Part shown: positions 37,756 through 48,213 of the stretch, in pieces
How positions within the stretch are numbered: the first letter of the stretch is position 1
Layout: the number at the start of each line of letters is the position of its first letter
Source: an uncultured Gemmatimonadaceae bacterium
GTDB taxonomy: Bacteria > Gemmatimonadota > Gemmatimonadetes > Gemmatimonadales > Gemmatimonadaceae
Direction of reading: 5' to 3'
Assembly (NCBI GenBank): GCA_963775915.1
Contig: CAVZKH010000007.1
Location: forward strand, 435,774-499,773
Length of the DNA stretch: 64,000 bases
Translations under genes and position numbers: made by a program
The notes under the pieces: generated by a model
Told to the model about the DNA's origin: nothing
Database searches by the model: none
Seen by the model: the letters and a program-made list of their open reading frames with translations, nothing else

Positions 37756-39002
37756 TGCCCCGGCGGCCGGTGCCGCGCGCGGCCGGCGCGGACGCGATCG
37801 ACCTGTTCGCGCCGGGGCAGCCCCCCGCCGGCGCGATCCCGTCGGACGCGGCGCCGGGCGAGGCCGCGGACACCGCGATCCCCGTGGCCATGCTCACGGA
37901 AACCGCCAAGGCGGTGATCGAAGGCGCCTTCTCGCCCCTCTGGGTGCGGGGCGAGGTGAGCGACTTCAAGTCGCACCGCAACGGCCACTGGTACTTCTCG
38001 CTCCGCGACGCCAACGCGCAGATCCGCTGCGTCGTCTGGTCGCGCGACCAGCGCGGCATTCCGGCGGCGCCCGACGAGGGGATGCAGGTGTCGGCGCTGG
38101 GGCAGCTGAGCGTGTATCCGGCCCGCGGCGAGATGCAGTTCATGATCCGCCGCATGGAGGCCGCCGGCGACGGGCTCTGGCGCAAGGCGTTCGAGCAGAC
38201 GCGCGCTCGCCTCGAGGCCGACGGCCTGCTGGCGCCGGAGCGCAAGCGGCCGATTCCGAAGTACCCGCGGCGCATCGCCGTGGTCACGAGTCCCAGCGGC
38301 GCGGCGTTGCACGACATCACGTCGGTGGTGCGGCGGCGCGCGCCCGGGGTGCAGATCGTCGTGGTGCCGGCGGCGGTGCAGGGCGAGACCGCCCCGCGCG
38401 AACTGATCGCCGCGCTCGACCGGGTGGCCCGCTGGGGCGACGCCGACCTGGTCATCATCGGACGCGGGGGCGGCGCGCGCGAGGACCTCTGGGCCTTCAA
38501 CGACGAGGGCGTGGCCCGCGCGCTGGCCGCCTGTCCCATTCCGACGATCTCGGCCGTGGGGCACGAGGTGGACGTGACCATCTGCGACCTCGTGGCCGAC
38601 GTGCGCGCGCCCACGCCCTCGGCGGCCGCCGAACTGGCCGTGCGCGCGGTGACGGAACTGGCCGCCGAGATCCGCGCGCTCGGGGCGCGTCTGCGGCGCG
38701 GCGTGGTGTCGCGCGTGGAGGTGGCGGGGCTCCGGCTGCACCGCGCCGGGCGCGCGCTGGCCGGCCTGGCGCAGCGGGGCGTGGAGCGCCGGCGCGCCCG
38801 GGTGCAGCTGCTCGCGGGCCGGCTGGACGCGCTCAGCCCGCTGGCCACGCTGGAGCGCGGTTACGCGGTGGCCCGCGACGATGCCGGGCGGGTGCTCGCC
38901 TCGGTGCGCCAGTTCGCCCCGGGCGCCGATTTCCGGCTCACGGTGCGCGACGGCGAGGTGCGCGCCCGTACCACGGACGTGACGGCAGGGGAGGGAGCAT
39001 GA
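37755..39002 (+). CDS. xseA: Exodeoxyribonuclease VII large subunit
   Basis: 415 aa. OB-fold WVRGEVSDFKSHRNGHWYFSLRD, IAVVTSPSGAALHD, RGGGAREDLWAFN. Confidence 0.92.
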   Translation: MPRRPVPRAAGADAIDLFAPGQPPAGAIPSDAAPGEAADTAIPVAMLTETAKAVIEGAFSPLWVRGEVSDFKSHRNGHWYFSLRDANAQIRCVVWSRDQRGIPAAPDEGMQVSALGQLSVYPARGEMQFMIRRMEAAGDGLWRKAFEQTRARLEADGLLAPERKRPIPKYPRRIAVVTSPSGAALHDITSVVRRRAPGVQIVVVPAAVQGETAPRELIAALDRVARWGDADLVIIGRGGGAREDLWAFNDEGVARALAACPIPTISAVGHEVDVTICDLVADVRAPTPSAAAELAVRAVTELAAEIRALGARLRRGVVSRVEVAGLRLHRAGRALAGLAQRGVERRRARVQLLAGRLDALSPLATLERGYAVARDDAGRVLASVRQFAPGADFRLTVRDGEVRARTTDVTAGEGA

Positions 39003-39211
39003 GCTTCGAAGCGAGACTGCGGCGGCTCGAGGAGATCGTCGGCGAGTTGGAGAGCGACACCATCGACCTGGCGCGGTCGCTGACGCTGTTCGAGGAGGGG
39101 ATCGCCTGCCTCCGCGACGCGGCGGCCGAGCTGTCCAGGGCCGAGGCGCAGGTGCAGCGGCTCGTGGAGCGCGACGATGGCACCTTCGAGGTCACCGACC
39201 TCCGTGAGTGA
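38999..39211 (+). CDS. xseB: Exodeoxyribonuclease VII small subunit
   Basis: 70 aa. FEARLRRLEEIVGELES..IDLARSLTLFEEG. ATGA overlap with xseA. Confidence 0.9.
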   Translation: MSFEARLRRLEEIVGELESDTIDLARSLTLFEEGIACLRDAAAELSRAEAQVQRLVERDDGTFEVTDLRE

Positions 39212-40097
39212 GGCGGCGCCGGACTTCACCGCCGACCGTTCGGCCGTCGACCGCGCGTTGAACGGGCTGGCCGCGCGCGAAGCAGCGGGTCTCCCGGGAC
39301 CGGTGGGCGAGGCGATCCGCTACAGCCTGGAGGGGGGCGGCAAGCGGCTGCGCGCCGTGCTCTTCCTGGCCGCGTATCGCGCGGCGGGCGGCGACCGGGA
39401 CGGCACGGCGCTGGCCGCCGCGATCGAGGTGGTGCACGCCTACTCGCTGGTGCACGACGATCTGCCGTGCATGGACGACGACGACATGCGCCGCGGCCGG
39501 GCCACGGTGCACAGGGTGTTCGGCGTGGCGGCGGCCACGGCGGCGGGGCTGGCGATGGTGCCGCTGGCCGCGCGGTCGGCGGCGCAGGCGGCGCGGGCCA
39601 TGGGGCTCTCGCCCGCAGTTGGGGCGCGGATCGTCGAGGAGTTGATGCGCGCGTCGGGCGCCGGGGGCATGGTCGGCGGGCAGCTGCTCGACCTCGAGGG
39701 CGAGGGCAAGGCCCACACGCTGGAGGAACTCGAGCGCATCCACCGGGCCAAGACGGGCGCCCTGATCGCGGCGGCCGTGACGCTCGGGGGGCTCGCCGCC
39801 AACGCCCCGCCGCGCCGGATGGCGGCGTTGGACCGGTTCGGCCGCAGCGTCGGCCTCGCCTTCCAGATCGCCGACGACGTGCTCGACGTGACCGCCACCA
39901 CCGACCAGCTGGGCAAGACCGCCGGCAAGGACCAGGCGTTCGGGAAGTCGACCTACCCGGCGCTGCTGGGCATCGCGGGGGCCGAAGCCCGCGCCGACGC
40001 CCTGGTGGCCGACGGCTGCCGGGCGCTGGAGCGGGAGGGGCTGCTGACCCCGACGCTGGAGCATCTCGCGCGATTCATCATCACGCGCCGATCGTAG
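39204..40097 (+). CDS. Polyprenyl diphosphate synthase (FPP/GGPP synthase family)
   Basis: DDLPCMDDDDMRRG (first Asp-rich motif) and QIADDVLD (second). GTG 39204 is preferred; the ORF track starts at 39177, inside xseB. Confidence 0.88.
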   Translation: MSEAAPDFTADRSAVDRALNGLAAREAAGLPGPVGEAIRYSLEGGGKRLRAVLFLAAYRAAGGDRDGTALAAAIEVVHAYSLVHDDLPCMDDDDMRRGRATVHRVFGVAAATAAGLAMVPLAARSAAQAARAMGLSPAVGARIVEELMRASGAGGMVGGQLLDLEGEGKAHTLEELERIHRAKTGALIAAAVTLGGLAANAPPRRMAALDRFGRSVGLAFQIADDVLDVTATTDQLGKTAGKDQAFGKSTYPALLGIAGAEARADALVADGCRALEREGLLTPTLEHLARFIITRRS

Positions 40098-40135
40098 TAC
40101 CTTTGTACGACAGCCGATTCCGGAACTACCGCCCC

Positions 40136-42034
40136 ATGAGCATCCTCGAGCGAATCCACTCTCCCGCCGACCTCCGCTCGCTGACCCGCAGCGAGTTGAC
40201 CACCCTGGCCGACGAGATGCGCGCGCGCCTGGTCGACGTGTGCTCGCGCACCGGCGGGCACATCGGCGCCGGCCTGGGCGTGGTCGAGCTGACCATCGCC
40301 CTGCACACCGTGTTCGAGACCCCGCGCGATCAGCTCGTCTGGGACGTGGGCCACCAGGGCTATCCGCACAAGCTGCTCACCGGCCGCAACGACGCGATGG
40401 AGACGCTGCGCAAGGAAGGCGGCATCTCCGGCTTCCTCAAGCGGGCCGAGAGCGAGTACGACGCGTTCGGCGCGGGGCACGCGGCCACCGCCATCTCGGC
40501 GGCGCTCGGCATCGCCGTGGGCCGGGACATCCAGGGCGACGACTACAAGGTGGTCGCGGTGCTCGGCGACGGCGCGCTCACCAGCGGCCTGTCGTACGAG
40601 GGGCTGAACAACGCCGGCCATTCGGGGCGCGACATCGTCGTCGTGCTCAACGACAACGAGATGTCGATCGCGCCCAACGTCGGCGCGATGTCCAAGTACC
40701 TGAACTCGGTGCAGCGCAACCCGCTGTACAACCGGGTGCGCTCGGCGCTGGGCGACATCATGGACAAGGCGCCGCGCCCGCTCTCGGGCGTGGGCGGGTG
40801 GGTGAAGAAGTGGGAGGAGAGCGTGAAGTCCTTCCTCACCCCCGGCGTGCTGTTCGAGGAGCTGGGCTTCCGGTACTTCGGGCCCATCGACGGCCACGAC
40901 ATTCCGGCGTTGCTCGACACCTTCGCCGCGGTGCGCCGGATGTCGGGGCCGCGGCTGGTGCACGTGGTGACGCAGAAGGGGAAGGGCTACCCGGCGGGCG
41001 AGCACGCGGCCGGAGAGAAGTGGCACGCGCTGCCGCCCGGCCACGACCCTGCTACGGGCAAGCCGCTCAAGGCCGCCACCGGCAATCCGGCGTATACCGC
41101 CGTGTTCGGCAAGGGGCTGGCCGCGCTGGCGGTCGAGGATCCGCGCGTGGTCACGATCACCGCGGCGATGCCCAGCGGCACCGGCACGGCGTTCGTGGCC
41201 AGCGCGGTGCCCGAACGCTTCTTCGACGTCGGCATCGCCGAGGGGCACGCGGTGACCTTCGCCGCCGGCCTGGCGACCCGCGGGCTCCGGCCGGTGGTGG
41301 CGATCTACTCCACGTTCCTGCAGCGCGGCTACGACAACATCATCCACGACGTCGCCATCCAGTCGCTGCCGGTGGTGTTCTGCATGGACCGCGCGGGGCT
41401 GGTGGGCGAGGACGGCGAGACGCACATGGGACTATATGATATTCCATATATGCTCGCCGTGCCGAACATGACGGTCACCGCGCCCAAGGACGGCGCCGAG
41501 ATGCTGGGCCTGCTCAGGGCCGGACTGCAGCACGACGCCGGGCCGTTCTGCCTGCGCTACCCGCGCGCCAACGTGCCCGACGCGACCCCGGCGGTGGCCG
41601 ACATCGCGCCGGTGCCGTACGGCACGTGGGAGGTGCTGCGCCGCGGACAGGACGTCGCGATCTTCGCCGTCGGCACGATGGTGGGGCCGTCGCTCGAAGC
41701 GGCCGATGCGCTCGCCGCCGAGGGGCTGAACGTGACCGTGGTCAACTGCCGTTACCTCAAGCCGTACGACGAGGTGACGCTGGCCGCCGTGCTGGCCGGC
41801 CACAAGCACGTGGTGACGGTGGAGGAGGGCACGATCGTCAACGGGTTCGGCGCCTACATGACCGCGGTCATCGAGCGGCACGATACGACCGTGCGCGTGG
41901 CCACGATGGGCGTGCCCGACCGGATCATCTACGCGGCGCCCCGCGGCCGCCAGCTCGCGGCGTGCGGCCTGACGCCGGAGGGCATCGCCGAGCGGGTGCG
42001 GGCCCTGCACGAGAGCGAGGCGATGGCCGGGTGA
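40136..42034 (+). CDS. dxs: 1-deoxy-D-xylulose-5-phosphate synthase
   Basis: ATG at 40136; 632 aa. GGHIGAGLGVVELT, VWDVGHQGYPHK, GDGALTSG, IAEGHAVTFAAG. Confidence 0.95.
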   Translation: MSILERIHSPADLRSLTRSELTTLADEMRARLVDVCSRTGGHIGAGLGVVELTIALHTVFETPRDQLVWDVGHQGYPHKLLTGRNDAMETLRKEGGISGFLKRAESEYDAFGAGHAATAISAALGIAVGRDIQGDDYKVVAVLGDGALTSGLSYEGLNNAGHSGRDIVVVLNDNEMSIAPNVGAMSKYLNSVQRNPLYNRVRSALGDIMDKAPRPLSGVGGWVKKWEESVKSFLTPGVLFEELGFRYFGPIDGHDIPALLDTFAAVRRMSGPRLVHVVTQKGKGYPAGEHAAGEKWHALPPGHDPATGKPLKAATGNPAYTAVFGKGLAALAVEDPRVVTITAAMPSGTGTAFVASAVPERFFDVGIAEGHAVTFAAGLATRGLRPVVAIYSTFLQRGYDNIIHDVAIQSLPVVFCMDRAGLVGEDGETHMGLYDIPYMLAVPNMTVTAPKDGAEMLGLLRAGLQHDAGPFCLRYPRANVPDATPAVADIAPVPYGTWEVLRRGQDVAIFAVGTMVGPSLEAADALAAEGLNVTVVNCRYLKPYDEVTLAAVLAGHKHVVTVEEGTIVNGFGAYMTAVIERHDTTVRVATMGVPDRIIYAAPRGRQLAACGLTPEGIAERVRALHESEAMAG

Positions 42035-42912
42035 TCCGACTCGGCGTGATCGGGCATCGGGGGTACGTGGATGCCGGCCTCGGGGGCGTGCTCCGCTCGC
42101 TCGGCCAGATCGCGCCGAAGCTGGGCATGGAGCTGTTCGTCGAGCAGGATCTGCTGGAGGAAGGCGCCCGGGGCGCGCTGCTCGAGGATCCCTCGGCGCT
42201 CGACGCCCTGCTCACCATGGGCGGCGACGGCACCCTGCTGCGCGGGGCGCGGCTGCTCCAGGCGCATCAGGTGCCGATCCTCGGCGTCAATCTCGGCCGG
42301 CTGGGGTTCCTCACCGGCACGCCGGTGGATCAGTTCGAGTCGGCGCTCACGCGCTTCGCCCGCGGCGACTATCACGTCGAGACCCGTATTGCCCTGCACG
42401 CGACCGTGCTCGACACCGCCGGCGCGCCGCGCCAGGACTGGTACGCGCTCAACGACGTGGTGCTGCACAAGGGCGGGTTCGCGCGCGTGGTCACCCTGCG
42501 CGTGGCCGCCGACGACGAGACGATCGCCAGCTACGCCGCCGACGGCGTGGTGATCTCCACGCCCACGGGGTCGACGGCCTACTCGCTGTCGGCCGGCGGC
42601 CCGATTCTGTTCCCGACCCTGGAGACGCTGCTGGTGACGCCGATCTCCGCGCACGCGCTGGCCATTCGGCCGGTGGTGCTGCCCGCGACCGCCGTGGTCA
42701 CGGTGCAATCGGAAGATGGTCCCGAGGAACTTCTGGTAACGGTGGACGGGCAGCCGGGCACCAATTTCGCCGTCGGCGAGACGCTCAGCGTGCGTCGCGC
42801 TCCGCACGGCATCGGGATCGTGCGCTTCCCCGGCGGCAGCTTCTTCACCACGCTGCGCCAGAAGCTGGGCTGGGGAGGACTCCCCAAGCGGGACCAATCG
42901 CCGGCATGCTGA
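42031..42912 (+). CDS. nadK: NAD+ kinase
   Basis: GTG at 42031 (GTGA overlap with dxs); 293 aa. GGDGTLL, GVNLGRLGFL, STPTGSTAYSLSAGGP. Confidence 0.9.
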   Translation: MIRLGVIGHRGYVDAGLGGVLRSLGQIAPKLGMELFVEQDLLEEGARGALLEDPSALDALLTMGGDGTLLRGARLLQAHQVPILGVNLGRLGFLTGTPVDQFESALTRFARGDYHVETRIALHATVLDTAGAPRQDWYALNDVVLHKGGFARVVTLRVAADDETIASYAADGVVISTPTGSTAYSLSAGGPILFPTLETLLVTPISAHALAIRPVVLPATAVVTVQSEDGPEELLVTVDGQPGTNFAVGETLSVRRAPHGIGIVRFPGGSFFTTLRQKLGWGGLPKRDQSPAC

Positions 42913-44609
42913 TCGAACTGCGCATCCGCAACTTCGCCATCATCGAATCGTTGACGCTGCCGCTCGCTCCGGGATTCAACGTGCTCTCGGGCGAAACGGG
43001 CGCCGGCAAGTCGATCATCGTCGGCGCGCTCGGGCTGCTGCTCGGCGAGCGGGCGAGCGCCGATCTCATCCGCACCGGCGAAGACCGGGCCACGGTGGAA
43101 GGCGTGTTCGAGGTGCGCGACCGGCCGCGGCTCACCTCGCTGCTCGATGCCCACGGCATCGAGGTCGAGGACGGGCTGGTGGTGCTCAAGCGCGAGGTGG
43201 CAGCCGGACGCGCGCGGGCCTGGGTCAACGGGTCCAGCGTCACCGCGGCCCTGCTCGCCGACGTGGGGCGCCTGCTCGCCAATCTGCACGGGCAGCACGA
43301 GGCGCAGTCGCTGCTCGACGCCGAATCGCAGCGGGCCATCCTCGACGCTTTTGGCGACGCCGAGGGCGACGCCGTGGCGGTGCGCGATTCGCATGCGGCG
43401 GTGAGCGCTGTGCGCCGCGAGATTGCCGACCTCGACCGGCGCTCGCGCGAAGCCCAGCGGCGCTCGGACTACCTGCGCCACGTGGCCCAGGAGATCGAGG
43501 CGGCCAAGCTCGTCGACGGCGAGGACGCTCGGCTCGAGGAAGAGGCCAACCGGCTGGAGAACGCCGACGAACTGCTGGGCCTGGCCGCCGAAGCGCTGGC
43601 CGCGCTCACCGGGGAAGAGGAGGGCGCGCTGGCGCGGCTCTCGGCGGTGGAGCGCGCGCTGCACCAGCTGCAGCGGCTCGATCCGTCGCTCAACCGGCTG
43701 CAGGAGTCGTACGACGCCGCCTACTACGCGCTCGATGCCGTGGCGCGCGACCTCGAACGCTACCGCGAGGAGGTCGAGCTCGACCCCCGGCGGCTCGAAC
43801 AGGTGCGGCGGCGCCGCGACCTCCTGTTCGCGCTCACCAAGAAGTACGGCCCCACGCTGACCGACGTCGTGGAGCAGGGGCGCGCGGCGCGGCGCGAACT
43901 GGACCTCGTCGACAGTTCGGGGCTCGATCTGCAGGCTCTGCGCGACCGCGAGGCCGCCGCGGTGGCGGCGCTGGAGCGCGCGGCCGGCGCGCTCACGCGC
44001 AAGCGGACGGCGGCCGCGGCGCGCCTGGCGCGGGCGGTGGACGAGGTGCTCCCGGACCTCGGCATGCCCGACGGCCACCTCAACGTGGCGCTCGCCCCGC
44101 GCCCCGAGATCGGCGTCGAGGGCGCGGAAGACGTGGAGTTCCGCGTGTCGCTCAACCTCGGCCACGACGCGCGGCCGCTGGCGCGCGTGGCGTCTGGCGG
44201 CGAATTGAGCCGCGTGATGCTGGCGCTCAAGACCATCCTGGCGCGGCTCGATCACGTGCCGACGCTGGTGTTCGACGAGGTCGACGCCGGCATCGGCGGC
44301 AAGGTGGGGCTGCAGGTGGGCGACACGATGCGCCGCGTGGCCGCCAGCCATCAGGTGTTCGCCATCACGCACCTGCCGCAGATCGCCGCCCGGGCGCACC
44401 ACCACATCCGCGTGGCCAAGGACGCGGCCGGGGGCGTGACCACGGCCGACGTCACCGTGCTAGCGGGCGACGAACGGGTGGCCGAGATCGCCCGCATGCT
44501 GGGCGGCGATCCGGAGAGCGAACTGAGCCGCGCCCACGCGGCGGAACTGCTCGACACGGCGGCCGCCTCGGCGGCGGCGCGGCCGAAGGCCAGGCGCTCG
44601 CGCCGATGA
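42906..44609 (+). CDS. recN: DNA repair protein RecN
   Basis: 567 aa. Walker A GETGAGKS, long coiled-coil, ASGGELSRVMLALK and LVFDEVDAGIGG. Confidence 0.93.
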   Translation: MLIELRIRNFAIIESLTLPLAPGFNVLSGETGAGKSIIVGALGLLLGERASADLIRTGEDRATVEGVFEVRDRPRLTSLLDAHGIEVEDGLVVLKREVAAGRARAWVNGSSVTAALLADVGRLLANLHGQHEAQSLLDAESQRAILDAFGDAEGDAVAVRDSHAAVSAVRREIADLDRRSREAQRRSDYLRHVAQEIEAAKLVDGEDARLEEEANRLENADELLGLAAEALAALTGEEEGALARLSAVERALHQLQRLDPSLNRLQESYDAAYYALDAVARDLERYREEVELDPRRLEQVRRRRDLLFALTKKYGPTLTDVVEQGRAARRELDLVDSSGLDLQALRDREAAAVAALERAAGALTRKRTAAAARLARAVDEVLPDLGMPDGHLNVALAPRPEIGVEGAEDVEFRVSLNLGHDARPLARVASGGELSRVMLALKTILARLDHVPTLVFDEVDAGIGGKVGLQVGDTMRRVAASHQVFAITHLPQIAARAHHHIRVAKDAAGGVTTADVTVLAGDERVAEIARMLGGDPESELSRAHAAELLDTAAASAAARPKARRSRR

Positions 44610-44624
44610 GCGGCCCCGCCGCGC

Positions 44625-46304
44625 CTAATTCTGGTGGCGGCGGTAGTAAAAGCGGATCTGGATCTGGTCGCGGAAGTATTTCGGCATCCGGTCCGCGCCC
44701 CGGATCGCTTCCAGGTGCGTGAACGTGATGTCGATGGGCAGCGCCGCGCCGCCCCGCTCGAATGCGGTGACCGTGGAATACGTGATCCCGAATCCCACCG
44801 ACTGCAGCGTGCCCGGCGACGCGGCCACGCCGTTCACCAGCGCGATCGGCGTCGGCGCCGGGGCGCCGGCGGCCTGCGCCGCCAGCGCGCCGTAGTCGTT
44901 GGCGTTCATGTGCTGGTAGTCGTACATCGCGTTCAGACCCAGGAGCCGCGTGATCATGTAGCGCGGCGCCACCTCGAGGCTCATCACCGCGCCGGGCGTG
45001 TACGGGTAGGCGTTGGACGTCGACGGCGGGAAGACTGCGCCGCCCGCCAGCGGATAGGCCCCGGTCGCGGTCTTGCCGAACGACGCGACGTAGCCGGCCG
45101 AGGCCGCCAGCCCGACGCGCGTGCCCCACTGGCCATACATCGCGAAGCGCGCCTCGGCTGACGTCGTGCCGCGCCCCGTCGCGATGTCGAGCGGATTGCT
45201 CGCCGTGGCGAGCTGCCCCGTGGGCAGCCGGTAGGTGCCGGTGAGCGTCGCGCGGGCGTGCCACGCCCTCGGATCCGTCGCCGTCGTGGAGTCGGCGAAA
45301 CCGTCGAACAGCAGGTAGCGGGCGCTCAACTCGAGGTCGCCAGGCGCGATGCGCACGGTGGTTTTCAGCGAATCGAAGCCGGCGATGCCCGGGTCCGCCA
45401 GCAGATTGCTGAGATCGGCCGTGCCCAGCGGCCCGCCGGCGGCGGCTGGCACAGCGGTGACCGCCGACCCCGCGTTGAGGAACGACTGGAACGACGAGTC
45501 GAAGGTGGCGAGCCGCGCCCGCACGAGCGCGTCGGCGGCGGAGCCGGCCAGCGGCACCAGCGGCGCACCGCGGATCTGGCTGTTCTGGCCGTACACGGCC
45601 CCGAACGTCGCCGCGAACGCGGCCGCGCTCGCCGCCAGCAACGTCGCGTCCTGCGACCGCGCCAGGATTCCCGGGCAGTTCGGGCTGCTGGCCGGATTCG
45701 CCTGACAGCTCTGCAGCGTGGCCTGAAGCGCCGCGGCCGCGTTCAGGAGCTGCTGGACCACGGCGCTGTCGGAGGCGAGCGCCGTGCCGTTCACGCCCGC
45801 CGGGTTGAGCCCGACGTTCCCTTCGGTGCCCGTGGGATTGACGCGCATCATGATGTTCATGCGCGTGCGCACGAGCGGCAGCATCACGCCCAGCGTGAGC
45901 CGCCGCATCAGCCCGTACTCGACGCTGATCGGCGTCACGGAAACGCGGGCGTCGGCCTCCGCCTGCGTGGAGCCGAGCGAGAGGCGGAAGGGCGATCCGG
46001 TGAGCGTCTGGATCGCGTTCTGCGTGCCCGACAGGGCGGGGAGCTGCGCGACGCCGAGCGAGTCGAAGCTGAAGTCGGCGCCGAGCGGCGACGTGAGCTT
46101 GGACGAGCCGGCCGGCAGGAAGCGGGAGTCGAATCGCGTCCACGCCGAGATGGCCTGGAGCCGGAACTGCCCCTGCGGCACCATGGTCGCGTCGTCGATG
46201 TTGCCGAGGCCGGCCTGCGCCAGCGCGGGTCCCCGCGGGACGATGAGCAGGGCCGTCAGGAGGCCGCTGGCGAACAGGTATTTGAGGGCGCGCGAACGCT
46301 TCAT
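44625..46304 (-). CDS. Hypothetical outer-membrane protein (signal peptide, beta-rich)
   Basis: ATG at 46304; 559 aa. MKRSRALKYLFASGLLTALLIVPRGPALAQ, alternating Gly/Ala/Ser/Thr/Tyr-rich segments, and an aromatic-rich C-terminus. The ORF-track entry 44625..48149 over-extends upstream. Confidence 0.7.
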   Translation of the reverse strand: MKRSRALKYLFASGLLTALLIVPRGPALAQAGLGNIDDATMVPQGQFRLQAISAWTRFDSRFLPAGSSKLTSPLGADFSFDSLGVAQLPALSGTQNAIQTLTGSPFRLSLGSTQAEADARVSVTPISVEYGLMRRLTLGVMLPLVRTRMNIMMRVNPTGTEGNVGLNPAGVNGTALASDSAVVQQLLNAAAALQATLQSCQANPASSPNCPGILARSQDATLLAASAAAFAATFGAVYGQNSQIRGAPLVPLAGSAADALVRARLATFDSSFQSFLNAGSAVTAVPAAAGGPLGTADLSNLLADPGIAGFDSLKTTVRIAPGDLELSARYLLFDGFADSTTATDPRAWHARATLTGTYRLPTGQLATASNPLDIATGRGTTSAEARFAMYGQWGTRVGLAASAGYVASFGKTATGAYPLAGGAVFPPSTSNAYPYTPGAVMSLEVAPRYMITRLLGLNAMYDYQHMNANDYGALAAQAAGAPAPTPIALVNGVAASPGTLQSVGFGITYSTVTAFERGGAALPIDITFTHLEAIRGADRMPKYFRDQIQIRFYYRRHQN

Positions 46305-46382
46305 GCGGGGTGGCAGGTCGCTGGGGTGATGGCGCGGACGTATTTTCCTACCCGGAAGCCCGTCAAAGTTAACCTCTACCCC

Positions 46383-48170
46383 ATGCCCCTGTCTTCGCTC
46401 CCGGTCCCCCGCGTGCCGTGGCAGATCACCGGCAACCATTGGCTGGCCCTGCCGTGCATCCATCCGGCCACCGGCGCCGTCCACGCCGTGGGGATGCTGC
46501 ACCGCGGCACCCGCTCGGCCATCGAGTTCGCCGGCGACGCGGGATTCGTCGACGGCGAGGGGGCCCCGCTGCTGCGGCCCACGATCGAGGTGGACGGCAC
46601 GGTGCACGAGTTCGCCGGGGCGCGCATGGCGTGGGAGCGGGCGCTGGAATGGCTCCCGACGTTCACCTGCCAGCTGGGGCCGGTGCTCGTCCGCGGCACG
46701 GCGTTCGCGCCCTTCGGCCGGGATGCCGACGTGGCCGGCGCGGTGTACGCCCTCTCGGTGGAGAATCGGACGAAGGCCGAGTGCACGGTGCGGGTAGGGC
46801 TGGAGGGCGTGCTCGGCCACCGGCAGCTGCGGGTGCGCACCCCGCGTCCCTTCGCCGACGCCCATCGCGCCAGCGTGGCCGGCGACGTGGTAATGCTCGA
46901 CGGCGCCGCCGAGCCGGGGCTGGCGGCGCTGGCGCTCGGGGCCGACGGCGAGGCGCAGATCGCCGTGTACGAGGGCGCCACGCCTCGGTTCACGGTGGGG
47001 CGCGAGTTCACGCTCGCCGCGGGGGCGCGCGAGCAGGTGGCATTCTACCTGGCCGCGGGTCCCGAGCGCGACGGGGCGGGCGCGTCGGTGGGCGTGCTCA
47101 GGCGGCGCGGATGGCGCGATCTCCTGGCCGGCACGCGCGACGCCATCCAGGCGCTCGGACAGACCACCGGCGTGGACGCCATGGACCGGCTGATCAACCG
47201 GAACCTGCTGTTCGCCTATTTCTACGGCGTGGGCCGGGCGCTCGACGACGCCCACTACTATCTGATGCGCACGCGGGCGCCGTGGCACGGCGCCGGCGTC
47301 ACGGTGCGCGACTGGGAAGCGTTGATGTGGACCGTGCCCGCGGTGCAGCTGGCCGATCCGCCGCTGGCGCGGGAGCTGATCCTGCGGGCGTGCGAACTGC
47401 ACGGCTACGCCCCCGGGCGCGGCGTGAACTATCTGGACGGCACGCTGTTCGAGGCCGGGTTCTCGCTCGAGGGCGCGGCCAGCTATCCGCTGGCGGTGGA
47501 CCGTTACCTGCGCGACACCGAGGACGACCGGCTGGTGGAGGAGCCGGTGCTCGCCGACACGCTCTACGCGGCCAACGACGAGATCGCCGCGCGGCGCGAC
47601 CCGGAGCGTCCACTCTATTCCACTGAGGTTGGCCCGTCGGGCTCGCCGCCGGCGCACCCGTTCACGCTGCACGGGAACGCGGTCGTGGCGCTGGCGCTGG
47701 ACGTGTTGCGGCGCACGCTCGACGAGCAGGCGGCGCACGACGTGCAGGACCCCAACGCGGTGCGCGCCGCGCTGCACCGGCACTTCCTGCAGACTGGGGA
47801 GGGCGGAGGCCTGTTCGCGTCGTCCATCGATCTGGCGGGCGCCGCCGCAATGGAGGACGACCCCGTCGGGTCGGTCTACTGGCTGCCCTTGTACGAGGCC
47901 GTGGAGCGGCACGATTCGGCGTACCGCCGCACCACCAAGGCCACGGGCGCGCCGGCGGCGGAGCTGGCGCAGCGGTGTGCGCGGTTGATGGGGCCCGAGG
48001 CGTCGGCGGCGCTCAAGTGGTTCCGCAAGGCACCGATGGACGGCGGTGTGGCCGCGGAGTTCGTGGACGTCGAGGGGCGGGCCAAGGGCAACGGCGGCGA
48101 CGCGTCGCTTTCGGGGCTCGTGGCGTGGAGCGTGTGGTATGCGGTGCACGCCCTGGGCGAGCGCCCCTGA
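46383..48170 (+). CDS. Hypothetical protein, possibly an (alpha/alpha)6-barrel glycoside-hydrolase-like enzyme
   Basis: About 595 aa from ATG 46383 (ATG 46329 is also possible). Good GC3. The family guess rests only on general sequence character. Confidence 0.55.
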   Translation: MPLSSLPVPRVPWQITGNHWLALPCIHPATGAVHAVGMLHRGTRSAIEFAGDAGFVDGEGAPLLRPTIEVDGTVHEFAGARMAWERALEWLPTFTCQLGPVLVRGTAFAPFGRDADVAGAVYALSVENRTKAECTVRVGLEGVLGHRQLRVRTPRPFADAHRASVAGDVVMLDGAAEPGLAALALGADGEAQIAVYEGATPRFTVGREFTLAAGAREQVAFYLAAGPERDGAGASVGVLRRRGWRDLLAGTRDAIQALGQTTGVDAMDRLINRNLLFAYFYGVGRALDDAHYYLMRTRAPWHGAGVTVRDWEALMWTVPAVQLADPPLARELILRACELHGYAPGRGVNYLDGTLFEAGFSLEGAASYPLAVDRYLRDTEDDRLVEEPVLADTLYAANDEIAARRDPERPLYSTEVGPSGSPPAHPFTLHGNAVVALALDVLRRTLDEQAAHDVQDPNAVRAALHRHFLQTGEGGGLFASSIDLAGAAAMEDDPVGSVYWLPLYEAVERHDSAYRRTTKATGAPAAELAQRCARLMGPEASAALKWFRKAPMDGGVAAEFVDVEGRAKGNGGDASLSGLVAWSVWYAVHALGERP

Positions 48171-48213
48171 CGTGGGTGTTGGGCGCGCGGGGCGCGGGCT
48201 ATATTGGGGGCAC

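Noticed and set aside
45258-46382. Upstream 375 codons of ORF 45258..48170, and likewise the upstream part of reverse ORF 44625..48149
   Set aside because: The two giant ORFs overlap each other antisense. In each, only the part downstream of an ATG with a sensible N-terminus (a signal peptide for the minus gene) has protein-like composition.
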